From: Lophium mytilinum
Taxonomy: Eukaryota
Length of the DNA: 64,000 nucleotides
NCBI GenBank assembly: GCA_010093605.1
Contig: MU004194.1
Span: forward strand, 1,216,323 to 1,280,322
Direction: 5' to 3'
Shown: one piece after another, positions 59,610-64,000 of the stretch
Layout of the letters: every line of letters begins with the position of its first letter
Position numbering within the stretch: the stretch's first letter is position 1
The notes under the pieces: model-generated
What the model was told of the DNA's origin: nothing
Databases searched by the model: none
The model's input: only the letters and a program-made list of their open reading frames with translations
Position numbers and translations under genes: made by a program

Positions 59610-62600
59610 TCACGACCATAATCGACGGGGCCACCTTGGCTGTCGTTTCTCTGCCTGTCCCAGCAACATCTCCCTTGAATTGCTCCTCGTCGATGCTTGG
59701 GGCCGACCCGATTTTCTTTGGAGGAGCCCTGGTACCTTCGATGTGCGCACGAAAGGCTGTTTTTCAGTGCCGATATGGACTCTGCCATCTGTCCCAACAA
59801 AGGTACCGTATCCGTAGCGTTGATCCAGTTGATCAAGGTATTGTGCCCGCTTCTGGTTCGACATGTGTGCAGTTCCTCTGAGGTCTCTTACTGCTGAGCT
59901 CGGTGCGAACAGCGCAATAATCGAACCAATAGATGTTGGCAACCGGGCAAGGTATTTCCCGGGGCGTCGAAGATAGACAAATATGGAGACGAGGATATAG
60001 ATTGCAATGATGACTTCCGAAATGATGAACATGGGTATCGAAACGAAAATCCGGATCTCTTTGTCAATTCTAGACCCGGGCAAAGTCGAATTCCTTGTCT
60101 CTGGAAGAAGTAACTTTTCCTGGTTGGCGCCTAGCCATATAGCGAAGAGCCGGGAGTACACCTTGCTGAATGAACCTGAAGCGTCGCGGAATGAAGGGAG
60201 AGGTAGGCTTGGGTCTAGAAAGCGGCTACTGTTTATTGCGTGCTTGATCTCGAAGTTGAAAAAGTCCGTCGGAAAGGTGTCAGTATGCCAGGCCAGGCCC
60301 ATCACCCCCCCGTTCAACTGGAAAAGGTAGTTGTGCGCTTGCTCTATGAGATTTTTGGGGTCGTTGGTGAAGAAATTTTGCAATTCCTTGCTAGGGGGTG
60401 TTAAGGCTGCATCTTCTGCGAAGGTCGTGTCTTGGATATGTCCTTCATTGTCCACGCGCACTTTTGCAAGGCCAGTCAAAATCTTGGGCCGACAAGCCAT
60501 GAACATCGAGTTGGTTTGGTCGAAAGGTTTGGTTGAGTTGTTAGTACAGCTGTCTGGACCTGGATTACGGGCCCATCCAACCAACGCCGTCTGGGCGCAT
60601 AAGCTTTGCTGCTGTTGAGTGGCATTTGGAAGGGCCTGTACACTTAAAACCGCTTCCAATGCGGTCGGATCCTTTGGACATGGATCTTCATCGCCATTAG
60701 CAGTCTGTACGCCGGTTCCAAAGGCATTCCAAATATCCTGTCCTGCTCGAAAGCAGGTAGTCGAATTACCGTTCCCATCTTTGACGGTGATCGAGAAATA
60801 AGCAGTGCCGGTGGCTAGCTTCAAGCGGGGGTCGGTCCAAATGGTTCCAGTAGAAGAATTGTCAGCACTAAAGGCCACTTCGGTGCAGTCCAACTCAGCA
60901 CCAAATGCTCTCGTTGTAGCGACGAGGTACTCGGTGCTCGTTGTAACTTCACCTACTTCGAACGGCACATACATGAATTTCTGATCCGTCCATGGTGGTA
61001 GATCCGTTCCCGTGGTGGTGTTCGACACTGAAATGTAAAACTGGTCCATCCCTTTCCCACCTTGATAGGCCGCGTTATCGCTGTCGAGGTTCGCATAAAA
61101 GATATTCTGAGGGCCCACAGATCCGTTGATGCTAACAAACTTATCTGAAAAATGTTGGTGTAAACTTGTCGAGTACGAAACTTCGACTTCGTTTTCGTTG
61201 AAGAGTCCACTGAAGGCAATAGCAAGAACGTTAGCGAGCAACGCCATCGCGCAAACGGCAGCGAGAATAAAGTGGCATGATCGTATAGCCTTCCAAATGA
61301 CTAGCTGTGGGGGTAGAGAGCTGTAGTCGAGGGCAATGGACTTTTTGGCCGTAGCCTTTCCGTTTCGAAGCTCCTCCAAAGGCTGAAGCATACAAAGTAA
61401 ACGGTTCACTACTATCCAAATTGGCTCAATGATGGTTGCAATTGCCGTGGGAATGTAGTTCTGGAGAGTTTGTCTAACAATTCTGTTCTTTGACGGAAGG
61501 GCGAGCCCTAGTTTATGATTAGTCTCGACACAACGAAGGAGAGGACGATCTATTACCGTAAGGTTGGCTTCTCTGATACAACAGAGCTAGAGTTACCGCT
61601 AAGCATACCTGGAAGGTAATGAAGGGCACAATCGCTGGGAGGCTGAATTCTATCGGACGAACAGGTTTGGATATTCCTCTAGTAGGCGAGATGCTCGTTG
61701 CTGATTTCGTAGCCCTAACACCAGAGCATCATTAGCTAAATTTGAAGACTAAGAGGCCCTCCGTTTTCTTATTAAGCACCCATCTACAAGCAAATCCCGG
61801 CCTACCACGAGAAAATGTGCGTCGAGTGATGGGAAGCAGAATGATGAGATAATACTCACGTTCCGTTTGGAGTTGTATCGTCTAGTTGGCGTATTAAGCT
61901 TTGTTTGCCATCATACTCTAGGCAATACTTCCGTTTTCCAATCGCAGTATTGATGTCTTCAATAGTGCAGCAATCGAAGTGACCGAAGTCCGAAAGTAAG
62001 GAAGTGTCGTCTGCGACTAGTGACATTACAGCAGTAATAGTGCCGGGATCTGACCTCAGTTGCCTTGGCCTTGTGAATGAGAGGTAAAGAAGCGCAATTG
62101 CAAACACGGATACTACACCAAGCAGACCCTCAACAACGTATGTGAAGGCAGGAACGAGAATGACTGCTCCAGTCTTATATTCACGCGTCCCAATCGTGCC
62201 AGCTGTGGTGGCCCAGCTAGTATTGAGCACGTCAACCATCGCACGCGCAAATATTAGTCTATACGCCGATTCGTAAGCGCGTCCTAGTATCTGCGGGTCT
62301 AGGTATTCTTCCAGCGAGTGGTCGGAAGCTCCGATCATGAATGCAGCCATAAATGGAAGATCTGCCCCGCCGATTGATTGGGAAAGGTTCATAGAGGAAA
62401 TACGCTCGATCTGAGATGGCCATGTTCGTGAGGGCATATCTCCTCTGACTAGTGCCTCTTCACCAGCGCTATTCATTCGGCTTTCAAGCACGCTGGTGTT
62501 GTAGATCGCCGGTGAAATTGGGCTCTTCGGTCCTATTGGATTGGCTTTGACCGGATGCTGAAGCGGGACGGTCACCATGGCTTCAACTTCTTGCGAATAG

Positions 62601-63910
62601 TACTTTGGCTCGCAGAAAATGGTAGTGAGTTGCTCCGGTGGGTCTGACGCCAGTCTCTTATTTCGGGTAAAAGCGGCGTAGAACGTGTGGTTGGCCTCCA
62701 CTGGACAGGAGCCGTCAGAGAGATAATAGTCCGCCTCTCCAATGTAGTTCCAGTAGCCAACATAAAACGTCGAGAACTCTTTGACCTCCAAAACCGCGTT
62801 GCCACCAATTGTATTATTCCCAGTGAGCCCGAGATTTGTTGGAAAGCGGCATCCATTACTGCTGGTGTAGTATTCGGTCTCGTTGATCATTTTGCGCTTT
62901 CCCTCTTGACAAAACAGGTCCAGGCCATACGAAGTGGTTTTAGCGCTCCAAGTCTCCTGATAGCCATATGCTGGCTGAGATTGTGTCTTGAAAGGGGCGA
63001 GGGTAAGCAAGCGGCTCATGTATGGGGGAAGCGTTTCGTTTAGCCAAGTTATGCCGAAGACAGACTGCATGTATTGTGTCGTAACAATCTCTTTCTGCTG
63101 GTCTAGGGAAAGAGGACCAGTAGGTACGAGCATAGGAACCTCCGAAGACTTCGTAACGGTGCTTGTCGCAAATATGCCTGCTTGTATGGGGACAAGCCCC
63201 CACGTTATCATGACCATTACCGTCGATGCCCAGAAGACCGGCCAATGGCTAAAGAAACGTCAGTGGGGGTTCAAGAATCATCGAAATGGGCCTTACCGAT
63301 TTCTCATCGCTCGTATGGGCACAAATGGAATGAAATCAAACGGGTAATGTAGCATCAAGGAATCTTTTCCGAAGGCCCCTTCGGACTTGGATAGTTGGTA
63401 GTAGGGCTCAAGTCGCTTAGTCTCCAAATCAATCCAGCTCCAGAATAGACTGTAAACGACAGCAATAACTGTCGGGAAGTACAAATATAGGAACGAGCAG
63501 CTGAGCGGTAGTTCGCTCGTATTAGCAGCAAAGATGATACCACTATCGCGTTGCGACTTGGCCAGGAGCAATTGTAGAACGATGATTAGGGCCCATGATA
63601 TTAAGACAGCACACGCCAGAATAGGTGCTCTAAGTGCGAACGGCTTCCACGGAGAACAATTGATGTCTGTAAGCGTAATTAGCTTAGATGATTTAGGTAG
63701 AGGTTGTCAAATACCTCCGCTGGCAGTACGTTTCATGGTTGCAAAACGAGATAAATCTGTCAATGTCCTCCATAACGGACGCTGTAGAGACGAGGGCGAC
63801 TGGTCTGACGGCGACTCAGTTGTTTGGCGAGTTCCCTGGCATGTTCCCGATTCATTGAGATAGTGTATTCCAACAGAGTCCTCGTTATAGCGGGTGATTG
63901 TCCGATCCAT
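59610..63910 (-). CDS. DUF3433 multi-pass membrane protein (multi-exon)
   Basis: WKPFALRAP, YLYFPTVIAVVYSLFWSWIDLETKRLEPYYQLS, SLMLHYPFD, plus a second DUF3433-like repeat NRLLCMLQPLEELR..LDYSSLPPQL. The start is uncertain. Confidence 0.85.
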
Positions 63911-64000
63911 AGATAGTAATATACCTGGTAGGTAAAGACGTGTACAAATAGAGAAAAGAGATCAAACAACAAACGTCAATTCAAACGAAAGACACGAGCA

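Overview
Genomic DNA of a filamentous ascomycete (Pezizomycotina-type genes with short GT-AG introns and CTRAY branch sites), with two assembly gaps (362-396 and about 4713-5578). The left end holds an AT-rich, RIP-type mutated Ty1/copia LTR retrotransposon (268-5672, minus strand, 5-bp TSD CACAC). It is inserted 71 bp upstream of a SAM + HMG-box + fungal-TF gene that itself appears broken by a nonsense codon and a frameshift. The rest is mostly ordinary gene-dense euchromatin: a fungal TF-like gene, an archaemetzincin-like protease, a RasGAP, a tyrosinase-like gene, a PTH11-like GPCR, DUF1365, isocitrate lyase, an SDR, an enoyl-CoA hydratase, RPL20, CSN12, a BTB protein, an F-box protein, PRP31, an AA11 LPMO and a DUF3433 membrane protein. 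The less expected items are: a 254-bp MITE with CAC...GTG termini and a 5-bp TSD (Transib-like signature) upstream of isocitrate lyase; a tandem pair of diverged BTB-like paralogs, one apparently carrying two compensating frameshifts; an ~85-nt intergenic hairpin; and a 4-nt start-codon micro-exon. All calls come from reading the sequence; no database search was run. No tRNA, rRNA or CRISPR array was recognised.
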